IMG/VR virus record: IMGVR_UViG_3300031088_000735
Length of the DNA: 64,000 nucleotides
From: a virus
Lineage: Duplodnaviria; Heunggongvirae; Uroviricota; Caudoviricetes
Reading direction: 5' to 3' (one strand)
Position 1 is the stretch's first letter, and every line of letters starts with the position of its first letter. The position numbers and the translations under genes were made by a program. A model generated the notes under the pieces. It made no database searches. It was not told where the DNA came from and worked only from the letters and a program-made list of their open reading frames with translations. Positions 19,943-29,240 of the stretch are shown here, piece by piece.

Positions 19943-20632
19943 TTATACTAAAATCATATCAACCAATTCCAGCCTACTTTTGAAATCATCTGAATTGAAA
20001 TCGTAAGCTGAATCAATCGCTATCTCTGGCAAGGCTTCTTTCAGTAGTGGGTGGTCTTTATTAAATTTCATATTTAACAAAAACAACTCATTTTCTTCGT
20101 CCATCATCATATCTTCAGTTTTCTTTACTGTCATTGATGTTATCTTTTTTGTTTGTATGTTGTAATCACTTTCATTTAAATCAAGAGCGACTAATGCAAA
20201 TTTTGCATCGTATACCATTTTGATAGAACCACGTTCAAATCGAGAGCCATTGATACGGTAATTAAACGAAAAAACAATATCACTAATGTTTTGATTGTTG
20301 TCGAAATTGATCACAAAATTCCATTCGTTAGCTTGTCTGTTTCCGCCTAGAAGAAAGTTGAATGGGTTTCCAACCTTTTTAAGTGTTATGGAAGAAGGTG
20401 GTATTCTTTTTCCTTTGGCTGGACTACCAAATTTGAATGAGAACTGATCGTCAAATTGTGTATCTCTGACCACAAGACAATCTGTAAGATGATGAGCCAG
20501 TGCTTGATCGAGTTTAAAATGATTGATAAGTCGAATTGTGTGATGACACACCTTTGCTTTTACTTTCTTAAATTCGTCCTTCTCACCTTTGTTATCAAAA
20601 AAACTACCTCTTTGTTTCATTGTTTTAGACAT
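19943..20632 (-). CDS. hypothetical protein with PE..SAYDF module and M-tag (..RLELVDMILV*)
   Basis: Full-length paralog of 25074..25760. Confidence 0.85.
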   Translation of the reverse strand: MSKTMKQRGSFFDNKGEKDEFKKVKAKVCHHTIRLINHFKLDQALAHHLTDCLVVRDTQFDDQFSFKFGSPAKGKRIPPSSITLKKVGNPFNFLLGGNRQANEWNFVINFDNNQNISDIVFSFNYRINGSRFERGSIKMVYDAKFALVALDLNESDYNIQTKKITSMTVKKTEDMMMDEENELFLLNMKFNKDHPLLKEALPEIAIDSAYDFNSDDFKSRLELVDMILV

Positions 20633-20753
20633 GAACAGTTCCTGTTATGTTTTAAGAAATAGTATATTATCATACTTGATGAAAAGTATCAATATCTTTT
20701 GACTATTTGATATTTCTGATGTATGCTTGCTGTATTCAATAGGAGTAATGTTT

Positions 20754-21374
20754 ATGGATTTTGCTGATGGTTTATTCAAAACGCTTGATATTGCAACAAG
20801 ACCTGTTTGCTGGGTAAAATATTCAGTCAATTCCCTTGGCTTACTTAAAAAAGAACTCTGCTCATTTTTGAACAACTATTATCAAGTGGATACGTTTAAT
20901 CCCAAAGACTATGGTGTTCGTGTTTATCTTTTTGGTGGATTTTACATTTACCATAAGAAAACTAGTGAATCTATTGCTAGTAGCTCAAAAATGAACTCAA
21001 ATTATCTTAAAATAGACTTAGATCATATGAAGTCTAAAGAATTCCCAGAAAAACAACTACCTGAACTTAGTAAATTTTACAAAGTTGAAGAACGCATTTA
21101 TCTTTCCTATGAAGATAGCAAGATTACTCAAGTTCAAAATACAATTACCTTAGTGCCACACCATGTTGAAGACATTATTCTGGATGATGAAGAAGTTTAT
21201 GTCGATATTTGCGTCATTAAGGATAGTAATAATAAAGTGACCAAATTGTATAAAGAACTTTATAACTTTGTTTTTATGCACGGAAATCGACTTAGTTTAG
21301 TGAATTATTCTAATAATTATAACATTGAAGAGATTTTTACTGATATCATTAATGAAAAGAACGCAGTGGTTTAA
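20754..21374 (+). CDS. hypothetical protein
   Basis: AGGAG SD 8 nt before ATG 20754. Confidence 0.7.
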   Translation: MDFADGLFKTLDIATRPVCWVKYSVNSLGLLKKELCSFLNNYYQVDTFNPKDYGVRVYLFGGFYIYHKKTSESIASSSKMNSNYLKIDLDHMKSKEFPEKQLPELSKFYKVEERIYLSYEDSKITQVQNTITLVPHHVEDIILDDEEVYVDICVIKDSNNKVTKLYKELYNFVFMHGNRLSLVNYSNNYNIEEIFTDIINEKNAVV

Positions 21375-21463
21375 GCGGCGTTTTTATTGAATCTCTGAAA
21401 TGGTTGCTTGCAAACACACCTTTAAAATGGTAAAATAAAGCTCAATTTAAAGAGATATCTTTC

Positions 21464-21805
21464 ATGAGTATTCATATTAATTATCAGGAATGGAAATCAG
21501 CCGAAGAATGCCTTCAATGGCTCTTTGAGAACCATTCGGACATGAGAGCCTACGGTGGCATTCATCTGTGGCAAGAATCTTTTGCTACCTTGGGTGGTGG
21601 CATGTTGGCTGGTAGTTTTGCACACCTTCGTCCTTCTATGTTGGAAGGCCGCGTATATTCTGTCAGATTTTCAGACCATTCAGTAGCCGTTTGTTATCAT
21701 GATCAAGTATTCATTCCAGCAGTTGCTAATCGTAGCTATCCACAACAGACACGGCTGGTTATAGCACGTTTACCAACAACTGCAGCTTTGAAAGATAATC
21801 ATTGA
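21464..21805 (+). CDS. hypothetical protein
   Basis: 113-aa ORF with upstream promoter-like sequence. Confidence 0.7.
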   Translation: MSIHINYQEWKSAEECLQWLFENHSDMRAYGGIHLWQESFATLGGGMLAGSFAHLRPSMLEGRVYSVRFSDHSVAVCYHDQVFIPAVANRSYPQQTRLVIARLPTTAALKDNH

Positions 21806-21914
21806 TTCTTTACGGGCAGTTTGATATACTGTTTGTAACACGGCCATCATTTGTAGGAGTTTTTAACTTTTTCAACTTGATGGTTTTTTATTTCTACTGC
21901 ATAGGAATTATTTC

Positions 21915-22232
21915 ATGTCCAGTTCCGTAATTCTCGCCATCGGCCACAAATGCCCAATCAATAGCAACCTCGCTCAATACGCTCCTGAAAGTGTCAATGT
22001 TTGGCACCAGAATGGTTCTGCTTTTGTCGGTATGCTGGTTAATGACAATTTCAAAGATATTTTTGATGTGATGACCATCGACAAAGAAAAAATCGAAGCT
22101 CAATTCAAGGATTATTCCAAGCTCGTTCAAACCGTTGCTATTGATAGCGAATGGAAAAGCCTTGATGACCGACATGACTGGTTTGAAATCTTTAATGCTG
22201 GCAATCCCGAACTGGTTCTTTTGGTCGTTTAA
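21915..22232 (+). CDS. hypothetical protein
   Basis: AGGA SD; 105 aa. Confidence 0.7.
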   Translation: MSSSVILAIGHKCPINSNLAQYAPESVNVWHQNGSAFVGMLVNDNFKDIFDVMTIDKEKIEAQFKDYSKLVQTVAIDSEWKSLDDRHDWFEIFNAGNPELVLLVV

Positions 22233-22278
22233 CTTACTTCTAAAACCTATACACTCACTTAATTGATGGAGATACTTT

Positions 22279-22815
22279 ATGTTTGAATTGGTTGTTGTTC
22301 CTAAGCTTGATAAGGTTACTGTTCAACGTGTGTTGGCTGGCGAATTCACTATGAAAGAATTCGATGCTATTAAACCGCAACTTGAAGACCGAATGAATTA
22401 CGTTGTTCGCAAAATCGTAGAGTTGAGCAATCTCAGCTTGCAATGGTGGGATTTTGACAATCTGGGTGAAGGGCAAGAGGATCGTGGTTCATTCAATCCG
22501 CTCGCTTATAGTGAATTTGTAGGTATTGTGCGTGAATGCACAGGTCACTCTTATAAAAACATGTGTTTTGAAAAATATGAAAGCAAAATTCCAGTTCGTT
22601 TCCTTTGGATGGACTTTGAAGAACAAGTTGCCAAAGAGTTTGAAGATTTCAAAACGCATATTGATGTCAATTTCATTACTGCTGCTAACAAAGCAGTGGA
22701 ACACAACAAAGAACTTGATGCCATCATGGCTTCTGTTAAATCAAAACTCACACCGGAAGAATTGCGATATATCCAGTTCAGGCTTCCGGCTCGTTCTAAA
22801 CGCCATCGTGAATAA
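22279..22815 (+). CDS. hypothetical protein
   Basis: GGAG SD; terminator at 22836. Confidence 0.8.
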   Translation: MFELVVVPKLDKVTVQRVLAGEFTMKEFDAIKPQLEDRMNYVVRKIVELSNLSLQWWDFDNLGEGQEDRGSFNPLAYSEFVGIVRECTGHSYKNMCFEKYESKIPVRFLWMDFEEQVAKEFEDFKTHIDVNFITAANKAVEHNKELDAIMASVKSKLTPEELRYIQFRLPARSKRHRE

Positions 22816-22835
22816 GTAATCGTTGTTCATTAAAA

Positions 22836-22849
22836 GAGGCTTCGGCCTC
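22836..22849. terminator. terminator GAGGCTTCGGCCTC
   Basis: Exact copy. Confidence 0.85.
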
Positions 22850-22944
22850 TTTTTTGTTTTGTAAACTATATCAAATTAAAGAAATTTTGCTCTCTTTTTT
22901 CTTTCATGCTATGATATAACTAATAATTAAAATATTGATATGCT

Positions 22945-23460
22945 ATGAGTTTAATCGTTGCTGCTGTTATAGGTGAATTTGCTTTAATCGCATCTTCTCG
23001 TAAACAATCTTTTGTTTTTAATGATGTTGAAAACATAGAAGAAATTGTTGTTCATGATGTAAATGATACCAATCTCGTTTTTTCTAATAATTACGCTATT
23101 GCTCCTTGTCACGATAGTTCACCTGAATTTTTTACTCTTGTTCTAGATAATTCGTTTTCATTAGGATTTGAATTATCCTTTCATACCGTTAACCATTTAA
23201 CTAAAATAGAAAACAAAAAACCATTGTTTGCTGGCGAATCTTTATTTATCGCAGTTAATGATTTAAAGAAAAATGAACTAAGAAACGGATTTAATTACTA
23301 TATTAATTATAATAAGATAACTAATCAAAAAGATATAATAAACGCTTTAAAAAACTTTTACAAAGTGTGTAGTAGATTAAACAATTCAGTTAATGCTGGC
23401 TTCCATCTCCTTTTAGTGCATAAATCAAAACCTTGTATTTTTAAATTCATTGAAAATTAG
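22945..23460 (+). CDS. hypothetical protein (AT-rich)
   Basis: 171-aa ORF, no motif. Confidence 0.6.
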   Translation: MSLIVAAVIGEFALIASSRKQSFVFNDVENIEEIVVHDVNDTNLVFSNNYAIAPCHDSSPEFFTLVLDNSFSLGFELSFHTVNHLTKIENKKPLFAGESLFIAVNDLKKNELRNGFNYYINYNKITNQKDIINALKNFYKVCSRLNNSVNAGFHLLLVHKSKPCIFKFIEN

Positions 23461-23551
23461 TTTTATATTTTAATCAATATTTTCATGAGCTTATTGCTAT
23501 TTTAGTTTTCCTTTGTTACCATTGTGAAACTATTTAGGAGATAAGTCATAC

Positions 23552-24952
23552 ATGCTTAAACATCAATTCAAATTTTCAGAAGTCACTGCAGTCCGTGAAG
23601 TTCCAAAAGCTGTTGAAGTCATCGTCAGCACTTATAAGTCCACCGAAGATGGCCCTATTGTTCATGAGTCTATTCCAGTTGCTATCCATCCATTCCTTGA
23701 TGATGAGAATTTCAGTGCTCAACATGGGGCTGTTCTTTATGTCATGCTCCATGTCAAAGAAAATGATAAAACCGTTGCTAAAAAAGTAACTTCAGCTATT
23801 GCTAGCCTGCCAAAGCATATCACCAAAGTTTCGGTACTCGCTGATGTGGGTTGCCTGAAACAGTTCACGGCTGGTTTGCTGGTGGCTACTGCTAATCAAT
23901 GGTCTGCTAAGTCCGAACAGAAAACCAAAGAGCCAAAAGATGTCTCTGTCATTTATGAAGGTGATGAACCGCTGGGTGAATTGAACGATCAGATTGCGTT
24001 GGGTAAAGCTCTGGCTTTTGCTCAGGCTACCAAAATTCGTCTTATCGAAATGCCTTCCAACTATCTCACGCCATCAGCTTTGCTTGAAGAGGCTAAAGCC
24101 ATCAGGGATTCTAGCCAAAAGGTTACTCTTTCCTATGTCAGTGGTAAAGACTTGGAAGAAGAAGGCTATGGCTCGCTTTACGCTGTTTCCAAAGGCTCTG
24201 TTGAAGAAGGTCATTTGATCACTCTTGAATATAACGGTGGTGAGAAAGGCGAAGCCCCTATTGTGCTGATTGGCAAAGGTTTGACTTTCGACTCAGGTGG
24301 TATTTCTATCAAGCCTTCCCGTGGCATGGGACGTATGAAAGGTGACATGGGTGGTGCAGCTACCGTTCTGGCTTCCTTGATTTATGCTATTGAAACAGAT
24401 GTGAAGAAAAACATTGTGGCTATCATTGCTACGTGTGAAAACATGCCAGACGCTGCTGCTCTGAAACCGGGTGATGTGATTACCGCCAAGAATGGTAAAA
24501 CCATCGAAGTAGAAGACACTGACGCAGAAGGTCGTTTGGTCTTGGCTGACGCTCTTTGCCATGCTCAAACCTTCAACGGTGCGGTTACCATTGACTTTGC
24601 TACCCTAACAGGTGCAGTTATCGCGGCTATCGGTCATGTTCACACTGGTTTGTTTACTGAAAACGATGAATTGGCTGAAACCATCCTTGCGGCTGGTAAA
24701 GCTTCTGGTGATACAGCGTGGCGTTTGCCGTTGGGTGATGAGTATAATCACTTCCTAGAAAGCTCAGTGGCTGACCTCAACAACCTTTGCTTGGGTCAAG
24801 GTGCGGGTGCAACCAATGGTGCTATCTTCTTGCGTGAGTTCGCTCCAAAAGAAAACTGGGTTCACCTTGATATTGCTGGCACCAGTGATCACAACGGCGG
24901 TACCGGACGCCCAGTTGGTTTGATGTCGCATTTCTTGGACACATTCCGTTAA
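23552..24952 (+). CDS. pepA: M17 family leucyl aminopeptidase
   Basis: IVLIGKGLTFDSGGISIKP, MKGDMGGAA, ATCENMP, DTDAEGRLVLADAL, WVHLDIAGT; metal-binding K/D/D/D/E and catalytic K/R intact. Confidence 0.95.
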   Translation: MLKHQFKFSEVTAVREVPKAVEVIVSTYKSTEDGPIVHESIPVAIHPFLDDENFSAQHGAVLYVMLHVKENDKTVAKKVTSAIASLPKHITKVSVLADVGCLKQFTAGLLVATANQWSAKSEQKTKEPKDVSVIYEGDEPLGELNDQIALGKALAFAQATKIRLIEMPSNYLTPSALLEEAKAIRDSSQKVTLSYVSGKDLEEEGYGSLYAVSKGSVEEGHLITLEYNGGEKGEAPIVLIGKGLTFDSGGISIKPSRGMGRMKGDMGGAATVLASLIYAIETDVKKNIVAIIATCENMPDAAALKPGDVITAKNGKTIEVEDTDAEGRLVLADALCHAQTFNGAVTIDFATLTGAVIAAIGHVHTGLFTENDELAETILAAGKASGDTAWRLPLGDEYNHFLESSVADLNNLCLGQGAGATNGAIFLREFAPKENWVHLDIAGTSDHNGGTGRPVGLMSHFLDTFR

Positions 24953-24968
24953 GTTTCATTGATGTCAT

Positions 24969-24994
24969 AAAAAGAGCCTTCATAGGCTCTTTTT
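24969..24994. terminator. terminator AAAAAGAGCCTTCATAGGCTCTTTTT, identical to 25780..25805
   Basis: 26-bp exact direct repeat flanking one gene. Confidence 0.85.
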
Positions 24995-25073
24995 TTATTA
25001 TTATATTTAAATGTTGATTAATTTTCTATTTTTTGATATTATTGGAATTCATTTAATTAAAAGGTATTTCGCT

Positions 25074-25760
25074 ATGTCTAATTCCGTTAGAAAAGAAATT
25101 GAAATTAACCAACAACAGAACACCTTAAAAAATCAGAAATCAAAAATTGTTGATAACGCCATTAAAGTTATTGAAAAATTTAACTTGTCTCCAAAACTTT
25201 CTTCGCACCTATCTTTTTCGCTTGTTGATAACAATACTTATTTCGATGATTCCTTTTCTTTGTTGATTAACAATTATACTGATACCAATGGTATTGGTGG
25301 TGACAGTGAGCTTATGTTTAAAAACATCGAAAATCCTTTAAATTTCAAGTTGGGGTATAATCAAGAAGCCAAAAAACCAGCTCATATTAAAATTAACTTT
25401 GATGAAGAACAAAATATTAAAAACATTGTCTTCTTTTTTCACTTTAACGTCAGAAATAACAGATTCGATACTACTGAGATCCATTTCACCTTTGATAGTG
25501 CTTTTAAATTAGTTGATTATAAGTATAATTCTATTGTTTTTAATCCTAGTACAAGGTCACTATTTAGAAATGAAATTCTTAAAGATGAGAAGACATCCCT
25601 TGACTTAGAAGATGAAGTGTTTTTCATTAATATGAAACTCAATAAACAAAATGATGTTCTGACTGATTTGTTGCCTGAACTCTTCATTCCATCTGCTTAT
25701 GATTTTAACAGTCTTGATTTTCAATCTCGTTTTGAAATGATTGACATGGTTATTTATTAA
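25074..25760 (+). CDS. hypothetical protein with PE..SAYDF module and M-tag (..RFEMIDMVIY*)
   Basis: AAGGT SD before ATG 25074; paralog of 19943..20632. Confidence 0.85.
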   Translation: MSNSVRKEIEINQQQNTLKNQKSKIVDNAIKVIEKFNLSPKLSSHLSFSLVDNNTYFDDSFSLLINNYTDTNGIGGDSELMFKNIENPLNFKLGYNQEAKKPAHIKINFDEEQNIKNIVFFFHFNVRNNRFDTTEIHFTFDSAFKLVDYKYNSIVFNPSTRSLFRNEILKDEKTSLDLEDEVFFINMKLNKQNDVLTDLLPELFIPSAYDFNSLDFQSRFEMIDMVIY

Positions 25761-25779
25761 TTAAGGATTCAGCCTAATA

Positions 25780-25805
25780 AAAAAGAGCCTTCATAGGCTC
25801 TTTTT
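25780..25805. terminator. second copy of the 26-bp terminator
   Basis: Identical to 24969..24994. Confidence 0.85.
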
Positions 25806-25809
25806 GTTT

Positions 25810-26000
25810 TTTGGTCGAAATATTTGTGTATCGTTTGAGGTTGTTGTCACTCTCGTTAAGACCAATTCATCAGGATTGCTGTCATCTTCAATTACCCAAT
25901 CAAAGAATAACAATATCGCTAAACTTTCTCTGTCTTCTTGTTCATACGATAAATTAGGCTTATTAGTGTCTAAGTATTCATAAACAGCTTGATAGTCTTT
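25810..26000 (-). pseudogene. possible gene remnant without a canonical start
   Basis: Open minus frame KIKDYQAVYEYLDTNKPNLSYEQEDRESLAILLFFDWVIEDDSNPDELVL.. looks protein-like but has no ATG after the upstream stop. Confidence 0.3.
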
Positions 26001-26093
26001 ATTTTACATGAACAAAAAATAAAAACAATTTAATAATTTGATATCTTTCTCTATTTATGGTATCATTGAAGTCTTTCATTTGAGGCAAGAACC

Positions 26094-26801
26094 ATGTTCA
26101 GAACTGATAACTTAATGAAAACTGGTGAGCGAGAACTCGATTATCTCTGCCGTCTAGACGTGACAGAACTGCCATCTTCGAAACCATCGAAAGCTGCCAG
26201 TAAGCTTATGGTGGATTTTATTCTTCGGAATAAGCTGAGTCTCAATGGTCAAAAAGGCAATAAATATGTAGCGTTTCGAGAACATGACCAAGATGTTTCA
26301 TTTATCGGCGGTTTTGGTTCTCGCCATCAAATTGCACACATTATTATTGATCAAGATTTCAATGTTAAAAAACATGCAGAAGACTTACGAATATATTTGG
26401 CAACACTGTATGATATGCTTGATTTTGATGTCAATTTGAATGAAGAATGTGTCATCTTTTCATTGAAAGACGGTTATACCAAGCTGGAAGATGTCGAATA
26501 CGTTGAATTTGTCTATAATGCTTACCTTGCTACGGACAAGGGGTATTATCCAGAGTCAAAAATCATTGTTCGTCATTATCTTGATGGTGTTGAACACACA
26601 CCAGCATTATCCATGATTGATCGTGAAGATATTGACATGGATCTTGTTATCACATTAAATACATCGTTAACGAATTTTAATGAGATTCTTCCATTTTTTA
26701 TTGAAATTCACAAAGAATCTTTTGGTCGGAAGCTAGGTGTTGATGTCTCAAATTTTAATGATGATACCAACCTTCTTATTCAAATGATGTTGGTGACCTA
26801 A
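26094..26801 (+). CDS. hypothetical protein with M-tag-like end (..NLLIQMMLVT*)
   Basis: GAGG SD; 235 aa. Confidence 0.8.
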   Translation: MFRTDNLMKTGERELDYLCRLDVTELPSSKPSKAASKLMVDFILRNKLSLNGQKGNKYVAFREHDQDVSFIGGFGSRHQIAHIIIDQDFNVKKHAEDLRIYLATLYDMLDFDVNLNEECVIFSLKDGYTKLEDVEYVEFVYNAYLATDKGYYPESKIIVRHYLDGVEHTPALSMIDREDIDMDLVITLNTSLTNFNEILPFFIEIHKESFGRKLGVDVSNFNDDTNLLIQMMLVT

Positions 26802-26864
26802 TAACAGACTATTGATATTTTAGGTATTTTTTGCTATGATATGGGCTATTAAGGAGATTAACTT

Positions 26865-27098
26865 ATGCTGAATTCTGTTGCAGATGTGGCCGCTTTTGCG
26901 GAATCAATGGGTGACAAACGCTTTTGTTACAATGGCGTCTTGGCGATGATGGAAAAAGATCGAATTTTGCCTTTCTACGAACGTAAAACACTTGAAGTCT
27001 ACAAAGGGGTTGGTAACTCCTATGGCTGGTCGGATGAACTGTGTGAAATCTTTGATGCCTATGTCGATAAACATGGTGCTCAAGAACTCACTGATTAA
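26865..27098 (+). CDS. small hypothetical protein
   Basis: AAGGAG SD. Confidence 0.75.
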   Translation: MLNSVADVAAFAESMGDKRFCYNGVLAMMEKDRILPFYERKTLEVYKGVGNSYGWSDELCEIFDAYVDKHGAQELTD

Positions 27099-27110
27099 TT
27101 GGAGTGCATT

Positions 27111-27320
27111 ATGATCATTAGTGTGAAACTCAAGACATTTAGTGATGAAGAACCGGCTGAAAATCAGGCGTGCCTCTTTGTGCCGGAAGAATCCCCTAAC
27201 AGCTTGCTTTCTGGTGTCTATGACCATTATTCTTGCACGTTTTATGCAAATGGTTATTCCTATGACGCTGATAAAGTCATCGGGTGGTGTTCCAATAACA
27301 TTGTTTTGGCTAGGAGTTAA
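27111..27320 (+). CDS. small hypothetical protein
   Basis: GGAG SD before ATG 27111. Confidence 0.7.
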   Translation: MIISVKLKTFSDEEPAENQACLFVPEESPNSLLSGVYDHYSCTFYANGYSYDADKVIGWCSNNIVLARS

Positions 27321-27323
27321 ATC

Positions 27324-27584
27324 ATGAGTAAACCTTTTGTAGCGTTGATTGAACATCACATGGCAATGATTGGTAAAAAAGTCAGTGTTGTGTCAAAAAA
27401 TAATGTTTCTTCTGGTGTATTGAAGAGTGTTAGTCAGGTGGTTTATGGTGTTAAACCGACTTATCACCTTGTTCTAGATGATCAATCTGTATTGAGTGTG
27501 TCCGGTATTCTTGTACCTTATCATGGTAATAAAATTGATGAGCGAGTTGTTGAACGTTATCTTTTTGAACCTTACACACGTTAA
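27324..27584 (+). CDS. hypothetical protein, paralog of 279..569
   Basis: AGGAG SD; shared KKVxVVS..G.L.S..QV..G.KPT motif. Confidence 0.75.
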   Translation: MSKPFVALIEHHMAMIGKKVSVVSKNNVSSGVLKSVSQVVYGVKPTYHLVLDDQSVLSVSGILVPYHGNKIDERVVERYLFEPYTR

Positions 27585-27598
27585 ATATTCCAGAATAG

Positions 27599-27612
27599 GA
27601 GGCTTCGGCCTC
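27599..27612. terminator. terminator GAGGCTTCGGCCTC
   Basis: Exact copy. Confidence 0.85.
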
Positions 27613-27680
27613 TTTTTTGTTGCTTCATTTCTTTGTTTTTGTTATAATGGCATCCAGATTAATTATTTAGCAGGGTGTTT

Positions 27681-28274
27681 ATGTTCAAGAATATTATCGC
27701 TATTGCATTGTTAACGGTGACCGCCATGTTGTCGGGTTGTTCTATGGTTGATCGACATGAACAATATGGCCCGCTTACTTACGTCCATCAAGATAAATCT
27801 GTTGACATTGGTTCTTATGTTCAGTGGAATGAAGATTATGCGGTGACTGCTAAACATGTTCGCAATGTCAAAAATGTGGCTTATGTTTCTGCTGATTATG
27901 ACTTGGTGTTCTTCGAACATAAATCAACAGCTCCTTTAAAATGGGCTGAAACGAAAAAGAATGAACCGTTGATATCCAAAGGCTTTCCATTCTTTCCAAG
28001 TCGTGAAAAAGAAAAAGTAATTGAAGCTAATAGTGTGGATATCAACCTTACAATGGACGACTTGCCTGATTATTACTTGCTGAATGCTCAGTTAGTTCAA
28101 GGGATGTCTGGTGGGCCTGTATTTAACCAGTTTAATGAAGTTGTTGGTATTAATATCGGTTATACTAAAAGACTTTATAATATTGATAATAAAACACAAA
28201 TATATTCAGTTTACCTGTCATATCAAGGCATTCAAAAAGAGTGGAACAAGTTCCAAAAAGTCAACCAATACTAA
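27681..28274 (+). CDS. lipoprotein with trypsin-like serine protease domain
   Basis: Lipobox LSGC; catalytic triad motifs TAKHV, YDLVFF, GMSGGPV. Confidence 0.85.
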   Translation: MFKNIIAIALLTVTAMLSGCSMVDRHEQYGPLTYVHQDKSVDIGSYVQWNEDYAVTAKHVRNVKNVAYVSADYDLVFFEHKSTAPLKWAETKKNEPLISKGFPFFPSREKEKVIEANSVDINLTMDDLPDYYLLNAQLVQGMSGGPVFNQFNEVVGINIGYTKRLYNIDNKTQIYSVYLSYQGIQKEWNKFQKVNQY

Positions 28275-28382
28275 TAGTTATATTTGTCAATAATCCTCTT
28301 CGGAGGATTTTTTCTTTATTTTAACTATTTGATTTAGGCGAAATAATAAGTATACTTAATTTATTATTTTAAGGAGAACATT

Positions 28383-28661
28383 ATGTCAGACAAAAATCGA
28401 GTAGGTTTTACAGATTATTTAAGAAAGCCCGGTGATGAACGTCCTGATCATGAACGTTTTACGAATGTTAATCCACCACCAACACAAGCACAAATTGATC
28501 GTCTTAGGTCTATGCCAGTGCCGAAATCACCCCCACCACCTCCACAATATGCCACTAAATCACCTTCATTTTTGACATTGAAAAAAATCATTATGGACGA
28601 TGACAGCTTGTCGGCTGAACAAAAACTTAGTTTGATTGATAAAATCAGTAATCTCTATTAA
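28383..28661 (+). CDS. small Pro-rich hypothetical protein
   Basis: AAGGAG SD; PPPPP tract. Confidence 0.7.
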   Translation: MSDKNRVGFTDYLRKPGDERPDHERFTNVNPPPTQAQIDRLRSMPVPKSPPPPPQYATKSPSFLTLKKIIMDDDSLSAEQKLSLIDKISNLY

Positions 28662-28723
28662 TTGATTGCTTAATATAGGTGAATACGCTATACTCTCAGT
28701 TACTAAATCATTGAGGTTTTGGC

Positions 28724-29215
28724 ATGAAAGAGTTAGCCTATTTCAAAAAAAGCATCCTTATTTTCTCAACGCTCTTGGTATTGTGTGGCTTGGGGATGTG
28801 GGGATCTTATGAATTGCGTCAGTTTGGTGAATACCGAACGCATAAAGAAACCCGCCATGCTCGCATGATTGATGTTTTTGATCGGCATAGCCATGTCAAA
28901 GGTCATGATTATTATCACACCTATGGTTATTTTGTGGATCGTGAGACAGGCAAGCATTTTACTGACAGCATTACTGAAATTACGTTTAATCAGTTTAAGC
29001 GTGATGGTAATAAAGGTATTGAAACCAGTTGGCCTTACAGTATCGACAAAATTGAACAAACGTCTATCGGAGAATTTGCCTTAGTTGGAGCGTTCCTTGG
29101 ATTCTTCTTCTGTATGTTTTTTGGAATCTTTAACCTGTCGCAAATCATTATGGCATTCTCTAAATACCGAGAACATCAAGAACATCAAATTGCTCTCAAC
29201 AAAAAAAGCCCTTAG
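28724..29215 (+). CDS. two-TM membrane protein (894 family)
   Basis: TM-(YGYFVDRETGKHFTDSI)-TM. Confidence 0.8.
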   Translation: MKELAYFKKSILIFSTLLVLCGLGMWGSYELRQFGEYRTHKETRHARMIDVFDRHSHVKGHDYYHTYGYFVDRETGKHFTDSITEITFNQFKRDGNKGIETSWPYSIDKIEQTSIGEFALVGAFLGFFFCMFFGIFNLSQIIMAFSKYREHQEHQIALNKKSP

Positions 29216-29240
29216 TGGGCTTTTTTGTTTTCTACTCATG

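Noticed and set aside
26904-27359. 151-aa minus-strand ORF, and similar short antisense or alternate-frame ORFs throughout the track
   Set aside because: They overlap better-supported + strand genes and have no SD, motif or transcription signals.
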